NCBI GenBank assembly: GCA_044229915.1
Contig: JBGASB010000010.1
Location: 11,567-75,566 of the forward strand
Length of the DNA stretch: 64,000 bases
DNA from: Cyclobacteriaceae bacterium
GTDB taxonomy: Bacteria > Bacteroidota > Bacteroidia > Cytophagales > Cyclobacteriaceae
Reading direction: 5' to 3'
The position numbers were made by a program, and so were the translations under genes. Below the pieces are notes generated by a model. It saw only the letters and a list, made by a program, of their open reading frames with translations. It did not search any database and was not told the DNA's origin. This document shows, in pieces, positions 1 to 9,982 of this stretch. The first letter of the stretch is position 1, and each line of letters opens with the position of its first letter.

Positions 1-187
1 CTCTTACAAAACAGCGATTTAGAATCGCTTCGTGCTCTCTCCCATAATTGGCGTAGCACCAACGCTGGAGCTCCTGAATTTCCTCTGCTATCAGCATCTT
101 GATAGCTTTTCGCAGCTCTTTCTCAAAAAGCCGCGCGTCAAAACTCACCCGACTTAGGATGTGCTTTACATAACTGAGCATCTTCAT
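1..187 (-). CDS. hypothetical small protein, partial (C-terminus outside window)
   Basis: Minus-strand frame open from ATG at 187 (alternative ATG at 181) to the left edge: MKMLSYVKHILSRVSFDARLFEKELRKAIKMLIAEEIQELQRWCYANYGREHEAILNRCF... It is absent from the ORF track because it is truncated. No family recognised. Confidence 0.35.
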   Translation of the reverse strand, partial: MKMLSYVKHILSRVSFDARLFEKELRKAIKMLIAEEIQELQRWCYANYGREHEAILNRCFVR

Positions 188-319
188 TTAAAAAAATAGT
201 AAAGTACGTTTTGGCAACTTATCGTTCACGTTGCTGCCATGAAAATACAAAAGCTGTTGAAGAGTGAAAAGAAGAATTTACTTTTGTATAATGCAACGAG
301 TTGCGATGCTATTTGCACT

Positions 320-1768
320 ATGAAATTTACAACAAGAACGACTCTTTTCCTCATATTGTTGCTTTCGGCTATGGCCGTCAAAGGCCAGGATAATATTCAA
401 GTCATGCTAGGACCTGAAGAAATCGGTGAAAATCAGGCCTGGACGATTACCGTGACGGTTAATAACGACAGATTAAAAAGTTATGAGAATTTTCCCGATC
501 TGGAAGGATTCCGGAAACGGGGTACTTCTACCCAGTCACAAACCAGTATTGTGAACGGGCAGGTTAGCTCTTCACAAAGTATTGTAATGACTTATGTGCC
601 CACAAAACAAGGCACATTTACCATTCCCTCCTTCAAGATGAAGGTTAATGATCAAATTATCTCGGTTACCGGGAAAAAAGTAAAAGTGGGCCCTGCCGTC
701 CAGGCCCAGCAGCGGGACCCCTATCGGAGTTTCTTTGACCGCGACCCGATGGATGATTTCTTTGGCCGTGGAGAAACCGAATTTGTGGATATCAAGGAAG
801 ACGCATTGCTGGCCTTCACGACCAATAAAGATGAAGTGTATGTTGGTGAGGGCTTCACAACCACATTATCATTTTTAGTAGCTGATAATAACCGGGCCCC
901 CATGCAGTTCCATGAGTTGGGAAAACAACTGGCTGACATATTAAAGAAACTGCGACCTGCCAATTGCTGGGAAGAAAATTTCAACATTGAAAATATTGAG
1001 GGCGAGCATATTGATATCCAGGGCAAAGGCTATACACAATACAAGATTTATCAGGGCACTTTCTACCCGCTCAATAGTCAGCCGGTAGCGTTTCCCAGCG
1101 TAGGTCTTGAGATGATTAAATTCAAGGTGGCAAAGAATCCTTCCTTTTTTGGTCAAAATCGGCAAGAAGATTTCAAGACGTTTTATTCAAAAGCCAAAAC
1201 AGTTAAAGTCAAAGAATTACCACCACACCCATTACGCGATGCAGTAGCCGTTGGCGATTATCGTTTGGATGAAAAAATAGGTTCAACGGATTTACAAACC
1301 GGTCAAAGTGTGTCCTATGAATTCAGGGTCTTTGGCGAAGGAAATATCTCATCCGTTGAAAAGCCAACCTTACCGAAAGACAATGTATTTGATTTTTACG
1401 AACCCAATGTGAGACAGAATATTAATCGGGAATCAAACCGGGTGGCGGGCACCAAGTCATTTAACTACTTCATGATTCCAAAAGAACCAGGAACGTTTAA
1501 GTTGGGCGATTATTTTCAGTGGGTGTTCTTTAATCCCAACACAAAAAAATATGATACCCTTCGCTCACAATATACCGTTCAGGTTCAAGGCGAAAGTCAG
1601 AAAAACCAATTTATAGAAAGCACTGATCTGGGGTCGTTCTACGACAGGATTGATGCTACCGACAATACCTTACACAATGCACAAAATTACGATTGGATGA
1701 AAGTTGGCTTTAATGTCTTTATTGTATTGATGTTGGCAGCATCCGCCTACTTTGTTTTCAGGAAATAG
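320..1768 (+). CDS. BatD-family (aerotolerance-associated) exported protein with C-terminal TM anchor
   Basis: Start moved to the internal ATG at 320, which gives signal peptide MKFTTRTTLFLILLLSAMAVKGQ. The N-terminal region (TITVTVNN...FPDLEGF...GTFTIPSFKMKVNDQIISVTGKKVKV) resembles BatD. A hydrophobic C-terminal helix (FNVFIVLMLAASAYFVF) is present. Confidence 0.6.
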   Translation: MKFTTRTTLFLILLLSAMAVKGQDNIQVMLGPEEIGENQAWTITVTVNNDRLKSYENFPDLEGFRKRGTSTQSQTSIVNGQVSSSQSIVMTYVPTKQGTFTIPSFKMKVNDQIISVTGKKVKVGPAVQAQQRDPYRSFFDRDPMDDFFGRGETEFVDIKEDALLAFTTNKDEVYVGEGFTTTLSFLVADNNRAPMQFHELGKQLADILKKLRPANCWEENFNIENIEGEHIDIQGKGYTQYKIYQGTFYPLNSQPVAFPSVGLEMIKFKVAKNPSFFGQNRQEDFKTFYSKAKTVKVKELPPHPLRDAVAVGDYRLDEKIGSTDLQTGQSVSYEFRVFGEGNISSVEKPTLPKDNVFDFYEPNVRQNINRESNRVAGTKSFNYFMIPKEPGTFKLGDYFQWVFFNPNTKKYDTLRSQYTVQVQGESQKNQFIESTDLGSFYDRIDATDNTLHNAQNYDWMKVGFNVFIVLMLAASAYFVFRK

Positions 1769-1773
1769 CTTAA

Positions 1774-1792
1774 ATTCAAGATTCAAAATTTA
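1774..1792. repeat. 19-nt intergenic motif ATTCAAGATTCAAAATTTA, copy 1
   Basis: Identical 19-mer also at 28045..28063. Both copies lie in intergenic hairpin regions. Confidence 0.6.
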
Positions 1793-1825
1793 AAATTGAT
1801 GATTTGAATCTGGTCTTTTGAGTTT
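1779..1825 (+). terminator. intrinsic terminator-like hairpin after the BatD-like gene
   Basis: AGATTCAAA (1779-1787) pairs with TTTGAATCT (1803-1811), 9 bp perfect. It is followed by the T-rich tail GGTCTTTTGAGTTTT. Confidence 0.55.
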
Positions 1826-1839
1826 TGAATATTGAATTA

Positions 1840-2910
1840 ATGAACACGTACGGAACACTTTTTAGAATCAGCACATTTGGCGAATCGCACGGTCCGGCTA
1901 TTGGCGTAATTATCGATGGCTGCCCAGCTGGATTATCGATTGATGAAACTTTCATTCAATCTGAACTGAATCGCAGAAAACCAGGACAATCAAAAATCAC
2001 TACTCAGCGTAAGGAAGATGACACCTTCAAAATTCTTTCCGGTGTATTTGAAGGCCAATCTACGGGCACACCCATTGCCCTTGTAATCGAAAACCAAGAC
2101 CAACGCAGCAAAGACTACTCGCATATTCAAAACACATTTCGCCCCTCCCATGCCGACTATACCTATGAAGTGAAATATGGTGTTCGGGATTACCGCGGTG
2201 GCGGGCGAAGTTCGGCACGCGAAACCGCAGCGCGGGTTGCAGCCGGGGCCATTGCAAAATTGCTATTGAAAAAATCAGGGATTGAAATAAATGCTTTTGT
2301 ATCACAGGTAGGCGATTTGAAATCACCACACTACTCAAAACTCGATCTTAATAAAACGGAAGACACCATTGTGCGGTGTCCCGATCCGGCTATAGCCGAA
2401 AAGATGATTGCACTCATCGACCAGGTGCGGTTGGAGCGCGACACAATTGGTGGTGTTGTAACCTGTGTTGTAAAAAATACACCGGTGGGTTTAGGTGAGC
2501 CTGTTTTTGATAAACTTCATGCCGAACTTGGTAAAGCCATGCTGGGCATTAATGCCGTAAAAGGCTTTGAATATGGAAGTGGTTTTGAAGGGGTAACCTT
2601 GCGCGGCTCACAACATAACGATGAATTCATAAACGAGGCCGGAAAAATCAGAACAAAAACCAATCATTCCGGAGGCGTACAGGGGGGTATTAGCAACGGA
2701 GAAGATATTTATTTCAATGTAGCCTTCAAACCAGTGGCTACCATTATGCAGGATCAAGCAACAGTTGATAAAGACGGGAACGAAGCGGTTGTTTCAGGCA
2801 AAGGCAGGCATGACCCATGTGTGGTACCGCGCGCTGTACCAATTGTTGAGGCAATGGCCGCCCTTGTACTTGCTGATTTTTTGCTTCGGGCAAGAACAAG
2901 CAAGCTTTAG
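1840..2910 (+). CDS. aroC: chorismate synthase
   Basis: [50 protein letters not shown] and [18 protein letters not shown] are typical AroC motifs. ATG at 1840 is preferred over the TTG at 1825. Confidence 0.95.
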   Translation: MNTYGTLFRISTFGESHGPAIGVIIDGCPAGLSIDETFIQSELNRRKPGQSKITTQRKEDDTFKILSGVFEGQSTGTPIALVIENQDQRSKDYSHIQNTFRPSHADYTYEVKYGVRDYRGGGRSSARETAARVAAGAIAKLLLKKSGIEINAFVSQVGDLKSPHYSKLDLNKTEDTIVRCPDPAIAEKMIALIDQVRLERDTIGGVVTCVVKNTPVGLGEPVFDKLHAELGKAMLGINAVKGFEYGSGFEGVTLRGSQHNDEFINEAGKIRTKTNHSGGVQGGISNGEDIYFNVAFKPVATIMQDQATVDKDGNEAVVSGKGRHDPCVVPRAVPIVEAMAALVLADFLLRARTSKL

Positions 2911-2997
2911 CAATTTTCCGTTCGAATGATGCTAGTTTGGACTACACTGATTATTCATTATACTTACCACATTGCCGAAACGTAACCCTTTTTGATC

Positions 2998-4395
2998 ATG
3001 GAGATATCCAGTGCGCCTCAGAAAAAAAGTAAACTTACTCTATATATTATCATTGCCTTGTTTGCCGGCATTGCAATGGGTTTTGTTCTCAATAAGAGCT
3101 ATATCAGTAAGGAAAATCAATCCATTACCGCTTTGCAAATAAGCATTGATGAAGTAACGGAATCCATTGCTGCCACTACCGATAGTGCGACTCACGCACA
3201 ATTGATTGAAAAGAAAAAAAATCTGAGCAAAGAACAAACTATTCTACTAAACGAACGTGATAAAAAAATTGAGCCGTTTTCTATCCTGGCAGATATCTTT
3301 CTGCGGCTGATTAAAATGATTGTAGCACCCCTCGTGCTCACTACGCTGATTGTGGGTGTCGCCAAACTTGGTGACATCAGTTCCGTGGGCCGGATTGGAG
3401 GCAAAACACTCTTGTGGTTTATCGGAGCCTCGCTTACCAGTTTACTCCTGGGTTTGATCCTGGTTAATATTTTCAAACCTGGTATTGCTATGGATTTACC
3501 CTTGCCAGATCTTAGTGAAGACACCGGCATCACGCGCGTTGGATTAACGCTGAAAGGATTTTTATATCATGTTTTTCCTACCAGCCTGATGGATGCCATG
3601 GCGAAGAATGAGATTCTACAGATTGTTGTATTCTCTCTATTCTTTGGCGTTGCTACTGCTGCTATTGGTGAACAGGGTAAGATTGTTATCAACTTTCTGG
3701 ATGCTGTAGCCCATGTAATCCTGAAACTAACCGGTTACGTAATGGGCCTTGCACCTGTGGCTGTATTTGGCGCTATGGCAGCGATCATCGCCAAGCAAGG
3801 ATTGGGAATATTAACTACCTATTCCATTTTTATTGGAGAATTCTACTTGGGTTTACTTCTGCTCTGGGTGATTCTCGGACTTGCTGGTTCCATTGTAATT
3901 GGAAAACGAATTGTCGGCCTGATTAAAATAGTGAGAGAACCCATCATCTTAGCCTTCAGTACCTCAAGTAGCGAGGCAGCGTTCCCAAAAACGATGGAGC
4001 TGTTGCAAAAATTTGGATGCAAAGACAAGATTGTGAGCTTCGTGTTACCCTTAGGGTACTCATTCAATCTGGATGGAAGCATGATGTACATGACCTTTGC
4101 ATCTTTATTCATTGCACAATCCTATGGCATTGATTTACCAATCGCTACCCAAATTTCCATGCTGCTTGTTCTTATGCTCACCAGCAAAGGAATTGCCGGA
4201 GTTCCCCGGGCTTCGCTGGTAGTGATTGCCGGTACGCTTGCCACTTTTGATATTCCTGAAGCAGGGTTAGCTCTATTGTTGGGAATCGATCCGTTATTGG
4301 ATATGGGCAGAAGTGCCACTAACGTAGTTGGAAACAGTGTGGCAACGGCCGTTGTAAGCAAATGGGAAAATGCCCTCGGGGATCCCGAAAGCTAA
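2998..4395 (+). CDS. dicarboxylate/amino acid:cation symporter (DAACS, GltP/DctA-like)
   Basis: Multi-TM protein with the DAACS signature region SSSEAAFP...LPLGYSFNLDGSMMYM...GVPRASLVVIAG...DMGRSATNVVGNSVA. ATG at 2998 lies two codons after the TTG of the ORF track. Confidence 0.9.
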   Translation: MEISSAPQKKSKLTLYIIIALFAGIAMGFVLNKSYISKENQSITALQISIDEVTESIAATTDSATHAQLIEKKKNLSKEQTILLNERDKKIEPFSILADIFLRLIKMIVAPLVLTTLIVGVAKLGDISSVGRIGGKTLLWFIGASLTSLLLGLILVNIFKPGIAMDLPLPDLSEDTGITRVGLTLKGFLYHVFPTSLMDAMAKNEILQIVVFSLFFGVATAAIGEQGKIVINFLDAVAHVILKLTGYVMGLAPVAVFGAMAAIIAKQGLGILTTYSIFIGEFYLGLLLLWVILGLAGSIVIGKRIVGLIKIVREPIILAFSTSSSEAAFPKTMELLQKFGCKDKIVSFVLPLGYSFNLDGSMMYMTFASLFIAQSYGIDLPIATQISMLLVLMLTSKGIAGVPRASLVVIAGTLATFDIPEAGLALLLGIDPLLDMGRSATNVVGNSVATAVVSKWENALGDPES

Positions 4396-4452
4396 TAATC
4401 CTGACCGCGAACTTTAAATTCTTAATTTTGTTACTAAGCAAACGACAAACCC

Positions 4453-5028
4453 ATGCTGAAAGCAGCTCCTAAAAACATTCATATTTACCTGGAATCCAAT
4501 CCGAATCCAAACTCTCTCAAGTTTGTGGTAAATGAAGTTCTGATTCCTGAAGGGATGAGTTTTGATTTCCCTACTCCTGCTGAAGCAGAAGAAGCGCCTC
4601 TTGCACAGGAATTGTTCATGTATCCGTTTGTAGATAGGGTGTTTTACATGAGTAATTTTATTACGGTAACAAAAAAGGAGGACGTTGAATGGATTGAAAT
4701 TCAGGAGACATTAAAAAATCATATCAAAACTTTTCTTGAATCTGGAAAATTAATTCTGGATATAAAGGCCTCGACTGCCCCCGAACAAGAAGAAACAGAG
4801 ACCGTAAAAAAAATAAAGACCATTCTTGACGAATACATTCGCCCGGCTGTTGAGCAGGATGGTGGTGCAATCACATTCCACTCCTATCACGATAAAAAAG
4901 TAACCGTGGCTTTGCAAGGCTCTTGTAGTGGGTGCCCTTCTTCAACTGTTACGTTGAAGGCTGGTATTGAGAATCTCTTTAAAAGAATGATGCCACAAGA
5001 AGTGGAAGAAGTAGAGGCTTTAGGTTAA
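4453..5028 (+). CDS. NifU/Nfu family Fe-S cluster scaffold/carrier protein
   Basis: Nfu_N-like N-terminus (NPNSLKFV) and a C-terminal NifU domain with IRPAVEQDGGAI...LQGSCSGCPSSTVTLK (CxxC). Confidence 0.85.
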   Translation: MLKAAPKNIHIYLESNPNPNSLKFVVNEVLIPEGMSFDFPTPAEAEEAPLAQELFMYPFVDRVFYMSNFITVTKKEDVEWIEIQETLKNHIKTFLESGKLILDIKASTAPEQEETETVKKIKTILDEYIRPAVEQDGGAITFHSYHDKKVTVALQGSCSGCPSSTVTLKAGIENLFKRMMPQEVEEVEALG

Positions 5029-5043
5029 TTTCAAATAAATTAA

Positions 5044-5093
5044 GAAGTCAAAAGTATAAAGTCGAAGTTCATCAACTTTACACTTTTGACTTC
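5044..5093. terminator. bidirectional hairpin between convergent genes
   Basis: GAAGTCAAAAGTATAAAGT (from 5044) pairs with ACTTTACACTTTTGACTTC (to 5093): about 19 bp with one mismatch and a 12-nt loop. It sits between the stops at 5028 (+) and 5104 (-). Confidence 0.6.
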
Positions 5094-5103
5094 GGACTTT
5101 CAA

Positions 5104-7017
5104 CTACTTTACTCCTTTCAAATACTGATCGACAAATTTCAGGATCTCTTCCGAGGCTTTGATATTGTTTTCCTTTTTTACAAACCCGTGACCTTCATCC
5201 GGGAATATTACATACTCGACAGGCACTCCGTTTTTCCTGGCATTGGCAACAATCTCATCCGATTCTACTTGCAACACACGCGGATCGTTGCTTCCCTGTA
5301 ATACGATAAAAGGTTTGGTGATTTTATCCGTATGAAAAAGTGGCGACTTGTTATAAAGAGCCACAGAGTCGGCCGTGAATGGATCACCCAGTTCCACATA
5401 CAACGCCTTTCTACCTGCTTCCCACCACGATGGAATGCTTTTCAACGTACGAATCCAGTTGGTTACACCAAATAAGTTTACTCCTACTTTAAACTCTTCA
5501 GGTGTAAAAGCAAGTGCGGCCATCGTCATATATCCGCCATAGCTTCCGCCCATGATGCCCACCTTATCCATATCGATATAAGGTAAAGTGGCCAGAAACT
5601 TTTTCGACTCAACGCAATCACGTAAATCTTCATCGCCATGTTTGCGATCATCAGCTGCAAAAAACGTTTTTCCATATCCTGAACTTCCGCGATTATTAAC
5701 TGCCAGGATCGCATAGCCATGATTTACCAAATGCTGAATGATGGGAGAATAATTCAACCGCGTTTGTCCACCCGGTCCACCGTGAATAAATAACAGGGCT
5801 GGCACTTTTTCACCCTCTTTTAGTCCTTTTGGTTTATAGAGTAGTGAGGGTATTTCCATTCCATCAAAAGAGTTGAACCGGATTACTTCGCCCGCCACAA
5901 GATCATCAGGATTGATTTCTTTTGACATGGTGTTGGTTAACTGCTTAACTTCTTTCGTTTCGAAATTATAAAGAAATAAGTTGCTGGGTGATTTGGAGCT
6001 ACTCACATAAAACGACATCAGCTTCTCGCTGTCAGAAATATTAACGCCTGTAATATCTCCTTCGGGTAGGCCTTCAACCTTAAGTAGTTTACCACCATCT
6101 GATTCATCATATATTTTAATTTCTGTACGGGCATCATTGTTAATAGCAACCACCCGGTATTTCCCATTCCGCGATAAGTTTGAATACATGATATCCCAGG
6201 GAGCCTCCTCTAGTTTTGTTTTAGCTTTTGTGGCTATATCATAACTAGCCAGATACATAAACTCACTCCCTTCGTTGGTAAGATAAATCAGTTTAGTGCC
6301 GTCCAGGCTAAAATACTGGGGGCTATACTGAACATCGCCTGTATGGGCCGAAAGCAACTCAGTTTTACCAGACTGAGTATCCAGCAAATACATATTTGAG
6401 TTATTGGTAGTGATTTCTTCTGTCAAAGCAATGTACCGATCATCATTTGAGATAGATGCCGGGTCTAAACCCTTTTCATTTTTATACACTACCGAGCTTG
6501 GGTAGACTTTATCTTCTGACGTGCCATCAACCTGTACAGAATGCAAATCAAAATAACGCTTGTCGCGACTATTCGAAGCATAGTACATCAACTTCTGATT
6601 ATAGCTCCAGCCATAAAACTGAGCTTTTGCAGTTGAGTCCTGAATTAAATCAATTACATCACCATTCGATAACACATAGAGATGGGTAATTTCATTACCA
6701 CCTTTATCGCTACCGTAAAGAATTCGATTGTCTTTAGGAAAATAGCTATATCCGAAAATAGCGTTGTCCGTAGATTTTGTCATGGCGGTTTGTTGACCCG
6801 TCTTGAGATCAATTTCTACGGCATTAAAAATTCCAGTTTCTTTGCTGCTGATCAAAAGTTTAGAGTCATCCGGTGAAAAGGCACCACCTCCGATCTGAAC
6901 AATATCCATGAACTGAGCCATGGAATATTGTTTGGGTGGAGCTTCTGATTCTTTGGTTGCGCAAGAAGCAAGCCCAGCCAACAATAGCAAGCACCATGCA
7001 ATTTTTTGTTTATTCAT
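5104..7017 (-). CDS. S9 family serine peptidase (prolyl oligopeptidase/dipeptidyl aminopeptidase-like), lipoprotein
   Basis: Lipobox LLAGLASC. N-terminal beta-propeller-like region. C-terminal alpha/beta hydrolase with GGSYGGYM (nucleophile elbow), GSNDPRV and DEGHGF. Confidence 0.85.
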   Translation of the reverse strand: MNKQKIAWCLLLLAGLASCATKESEAPPKQYSMAQFMDIVQIGGGAFSPDDSKLLISSKETGIFNAVEIDLKTGQQTAMTKSTDNAIFGYSYFPKDNRILYGSDKGGNEITHLYVLSNGDVIDLIQDSTAKAQFYGWSYNQKLMYYASNSRDKRYFDLHSVQVDGTSEDKVYPSSVVYKNEKGLDPASISNDDRYIALTEEITTNNSNMYLLDTQSGKTELLSAHTGDVQYSPQYFSLDGTKLIYLTNEGSEFMYLASYDIATKAKTKLEEAPWDIMYSNLSRNGKYRVVAINNDARTEIKIYDESDGGKLLKVEGLPEGDITGVNISDSEKLMSFYVSSSKSPSNLFLYNFETKEVKQLTNTMSKEINPDDLVAGEVIRFNSFDGMEIPSLLYKPKGLKEGEKVPALLFIHGGPGGQTRLNYSPIIQHLVNHGYAILAVNNRGSSGYGKTFFAADDRKHGDEDLRDCVESKKFLATLPYIDMDKVGIMGGSYGGYMTMAALAFTPEEFKVGVNLFGVTNWIRTLKSIPSWWEAGRKALYVELGDPFTADSVALYNKSPLFHTDKITKPFIVLQGSNDPRVLQVESDEIVANARKNGVPVEYVIFPDEGHGFVKKENNIKASEEILKFVDQYLKGVK

Positions 7018-7106
7018 AATATATAAGATTGTTTGGTTAGAAAGATAAGGGCATTATCTCACAAAAACACAATTTACAGGAAGTAAGCAATTTGTATCTT
7101 TAACCC

Positions 7107-7964
7107 ATGAGACTATTTTATGTTGTTGTTCTATTCTTTTCTATGCCAACCTACACAACAGCCCAATCTGTGAAGGTGATGAGTTACAACATCCGCCTGG
7201 ATACGGAAGCCGATGGCGTGAACCAATGGAAAAACAGAACCGATAAAGTAGTTGCCCTTATAAAAAAATACAATCCGGACCTTCTCGGAATTCAGGAAGC
7301 TTTGCATAACCAAATGATCGATTTGCAAAGCAATTTGCCTGACTATTCTTTTGTTGGCGTTGGCCGCGATGATGGGAAAGAAAAAGGCGAATACTCGGCC
7401 ATCTTTTACAAAAAAGACAAATTTGAAGTACGCTTACAAAATACATTCTGGCTTTCAGAAACCCCGGAAGTGCGGGGAAGTAAAAGTTGGGATGCTGCAA
7501 TAACCCGAATTGTAACCTATGCGTTATTGAAAGACAAAACAACCGGAAAATCATTTATCTATACGAATACACATTTCGACCATGTTGGTAAAGAGGCTCG
7601 TAAGAACAGTGCAAAGCTCATTAAGATTTTTTTGAAGGGATTTGTAAATGGCGCGACCTTCGAAAAACCAGAAAGGGAAATTCCGATTATCATTACCGGT
7701 GATTTTAATTCAGAACCTGCGGACGCTCCGTACCTGACCATGATTGATGGCGATGATCCTATTCTAACTGATTCGCGACCATCTCAGGATCGCACAGGAA
7801 CCTTCTGTGGATTTGAGGTTAACAAAATTGAGTGTCGAACCATCGATTACATATTTCATTCACCCCATTGGAAAGCATCAGGGTATAAAGTTATCCAGGA
7901 TCATAATGGAACCTATTATCCCTCCTATCACCTGCCGGTGCTGGTTACACTCTCGCTTAAATAA
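7107..7964 (+). CDS. endonuclease/exonuclease/phosphatase (EEP) family protein, secreted
   Basis: Signal peptide. MSYNIR, LGIQEA, THFDH, GDFNS and DYIF motifs fit the EEP fold. Confidence 0.8.
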   Translation: MRLFYVVVLFFSMPTYTTAQSVKVMSYNIRLDTEADGVNQWKNRTDKVVALIKKYNPDLLGIQEALHNQMIDLQSNLPDYSFVGVGRDDGKEKGEYSAIFYKKDKFEVRLQNTFWLSETPEVRGSKSWDAAITRIVTYALLKDKTTGKSFIYTNTHFDHVGKEARKNSAKLIKIFLKGFVNGATFEKPEREIPIIITGDFNSEPADAPYLTMIDGDDPILTDSRPSQDRTGTFCGFEVNKIECRTIDYIFHSPHWKASGYKVIQDHNGTYYPSYHLPVLVTLSLK

Positions 7965-8843
7965 TTATTTCCTATTCGCCAGGTAAACTCCGCCCAGGAT
8001 GGCAGCCATCCCAATAAAATGGCCGGGCAATAATTTTTCTCCGTCAATCACGCCCCACATTACTGCCACAATTGGCATAATATACGTTACTGAGCTTGCA
8101 AAAAGAGGAGTCGAAATTCTTACCAGCTTCATAAACAAGAGATTGGCTACCGCTGTACTCATCAGCGCAAGCAACACAACAAAACCGAATGCTTTCCACG
8201 CACCGGGCACTGTAGTAAGTGTTGTTGTGAAATCAGTAAATAAATAAAGATAGGCCGCACCTAAAGGTCCAATGAATAGTAATGACACACTGGTGATGGC
8301 TACTGAACCCAGGTCATGAATTTTAAACTTTACCCAATTGAGATTGGCGCCATACAACGCACAAGCGGCTACAATCAAAAGTGCATACAAATTAAAGCCT
8401 GTAATCGAACCTCCGGTTCTAGACAATGCCAACAGGATAGTGCCGGTAAAAGAAATGATAATACCCAGGATGGCAAATCCGCGAAAGCGCTGTGTAAAGA
8501 AAAGCGCGCCAATGATCATAGTCCACAAGGGAGACAATGTATTGAGGATTCCAGCCAACGAACTATTGAGTTGCGTTTGCGCCCATGCAAAAAGAAAGGC
8601 CGGAATAAATATTCCCATTAGCCCGGAAACTAAAATCTTGAAATGATCGCCTTGCTTCAACTCCTTTAACTTTGGGAATGCCAAAGGCAAAAGAAAAAGT
8701 GATGCTGCTGCTACACGAAGGGCGCCAACTACATCCGGAGCAAAAACTTTCAAGCCTTGCTTTATCAAAATGAAAGACGTTCCCCAGATAAGGGATAAGA
8801 CGATCAATAAGAAAATAGCTGTGAAATTTTTGTTTTGAGACAT
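7965..8843 (-). CDS. EamA/DMT family transporter
   Basis: About 10 predicted TM helices in two EamA-like halves. Its stop abuts the stop of the convergent EEP gene. Confidence 0.85.
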   Translation of the reverse strand: MSQNKNFTAIFLLIVLSLIWGTSFILIKQGLKVFAPDVVGALRVAAASLFLLPLAFPKLKELKQGDHFKILVSGLMGIFIPAFLFAWAQTQLNSSLAGILNTLSPLWTMIIGALFFTQRFRGFAILGIIISFTGTILLALSRTGGSITGFNLYALLIVAACALYGANLNWVKFKIHDLGSVAITSVSLLFIGPLGAAYLYLFTDFTTTLTTVPGAWKAFGFVVLLALMSTAVANLLFMKLVRISTPLFASSVTYIMPIVAVMWGVIDGEKLLPGHFIGMAAILGGVYLANRK

Positions 8844-8925
8844 ACTAAACTTACCTGCCGGTAAGCGGGCCCAAAGAACGATAATCCGGTAGGGAATTCA
8901 AATCCGCTTTCTTGCTAATTTTTGA

Positions 8926-9921
8926 TTACGCATCTACTTCAATCCCACTAAAGTTTTCAATGACTTCGCTTAAAATCAAGTTTACCTCCTCGTAGGTGGG
9001 TGCTTCAACCAAACGAGTGCGAAAGGGTTTAAAATCAGGAGTGCCTTTAAAGTAGTTGGTGTAATGTCTGCGCATTTCAAAGATGCCAAGCTTATCCCCT
9101 TTCCAACGAATGGAAAAATCCAGATGTTTGCGTGTTGTCTCTACCCGTTGGGTCATATCGGGCGCAGGAAGTATTTCTCCGGTTGCCAGATAATGTTTGA
9201 TTTCATTAAACACCCAGGGTGAACCAATGGCTGCACGGCCAATCATGAGTCCGTCCACTCCATATCGGTTACGATACTCTAATGCTTTTTGAGGTGAGTC
9301 AATATCTCCATTACCAAAAATCGGAATATGCATGCGCGGATTCTCTTTGATCTTTCCGATCAATGTCCAGTCGGCAGCACCTTTATACATCTGCACGCGT
9401 GTGCGACCATGAATGGTTAGCGCTTTAATACCGATGTCCTGAAGTCTTTCGGCAACCTCCACTACATTCTTTGTTGAGTCGTCCCAGCCAAGGCGGGTCT
9501 TTACAGTAACCGGAAGATGTGTGGCTTTCACTATCTCTTCGGTCATCTTCACCATTTTGGGGATGTCCTGTAGTAAAGCAGCCCCAGCTCCGCGACACGC
9601 AACCGCCTTTACCGGGCACCCATAGTTGATGTCGATCAGATCAGGATTTACGTGTGTAGCAATCTCAGCCGACTGCACCATGTTACCGATATCGCCACCA
9701 AATAACTGAATGCCAATTGGGCGCTCATATTCGAAAATATCAAGCTTCTGTCGGCTTTTGGCTGCATCCCGAATCAACCCTTCGGAAGAAATAAATTCGG
9801 TATACATAAGGTCAGCACCGCCCTCTTTGCACACGGCACGAAAAGGCGGATCACTCACGTCCTCCATGGGTGCTAACAGGAGCGGAAACTCTCCCAGTTT
9901 AATGTTACCGATCTGTACCAA
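8926..9921 (-). CDS. dusB: tRNA-dihydrouridine synthase
   Basis: VQIGNIKLGEFPLLLAPMEDVSDPPFR, INYGCP and LTIHGRT are Dus motifs. I place the start at the TTG at 9921. The ORF is open to the ATG at 10032, but that 37-aa extension has no Dus counterpart and would overlap the divergent gene. Confidence 0.8.
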   Translation of the reverse strand: MVQIGNIKLGEFPLLLAPMEDVSDPPFRAVCKEGGADLMYTEFISSEGLIRDAAKSRQKLDIFEYERPIGIQLFGGDIGNMVQSAEIATHVNPDLIDINYGCPVKAVACRGAGAALLQDIPKMVKMTEEIVKATHLPVTVKTRLGWDDSTKNVVEVAERLQDIGIKALTIHGRTRVQMYKGAADWTLIGKIKENPRMHIPIFGNGDIDSPQKALEYRNRYGVDGLMIGRAAIGSPWVFNEIKHYLATGEILPAPDMTQRVETTRKHLDFSIRWKGDKLGIFEMRRHYTNYFKGTPDFKPFRTRLVEAPTYEEVNLILSEVIENFSGIEVDA

Positions 9922-9982
9922 GTTTGATATTTTGGCTAAAACTCCGTTGTTTGCGACCACAAAATTAACCCTTTTGTTTGAG

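Noticed and set aside
2998-3300. About 60-aa hydrophilic insertion between the first two TM helices of the DAACS symporter
   Set aside because: It may simply be a lineage-typical loop. Without an alignment I cannot show it is unusual.
8844-8925. tRNA-like T-loop string (GGAATTCAAATCCGC) in the spacer between dusB and the EamA gene
   Set aside because: The flanking bases do not form a T-stem. No acceptor, D or anticodon arms can be drawn, and the 82-nt spacer is too short once promoter space is allowed.
9710-9982. 5' part of the 402-aa plus-strand ORF, lying antisense to dusB
   Set aside because: It lies entirely opposite the conserved Dus catalytic region and has no recognisable features. 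The CPBP protease homology begins only after the ATG at 9983, so this part is a shadow ORF extension.
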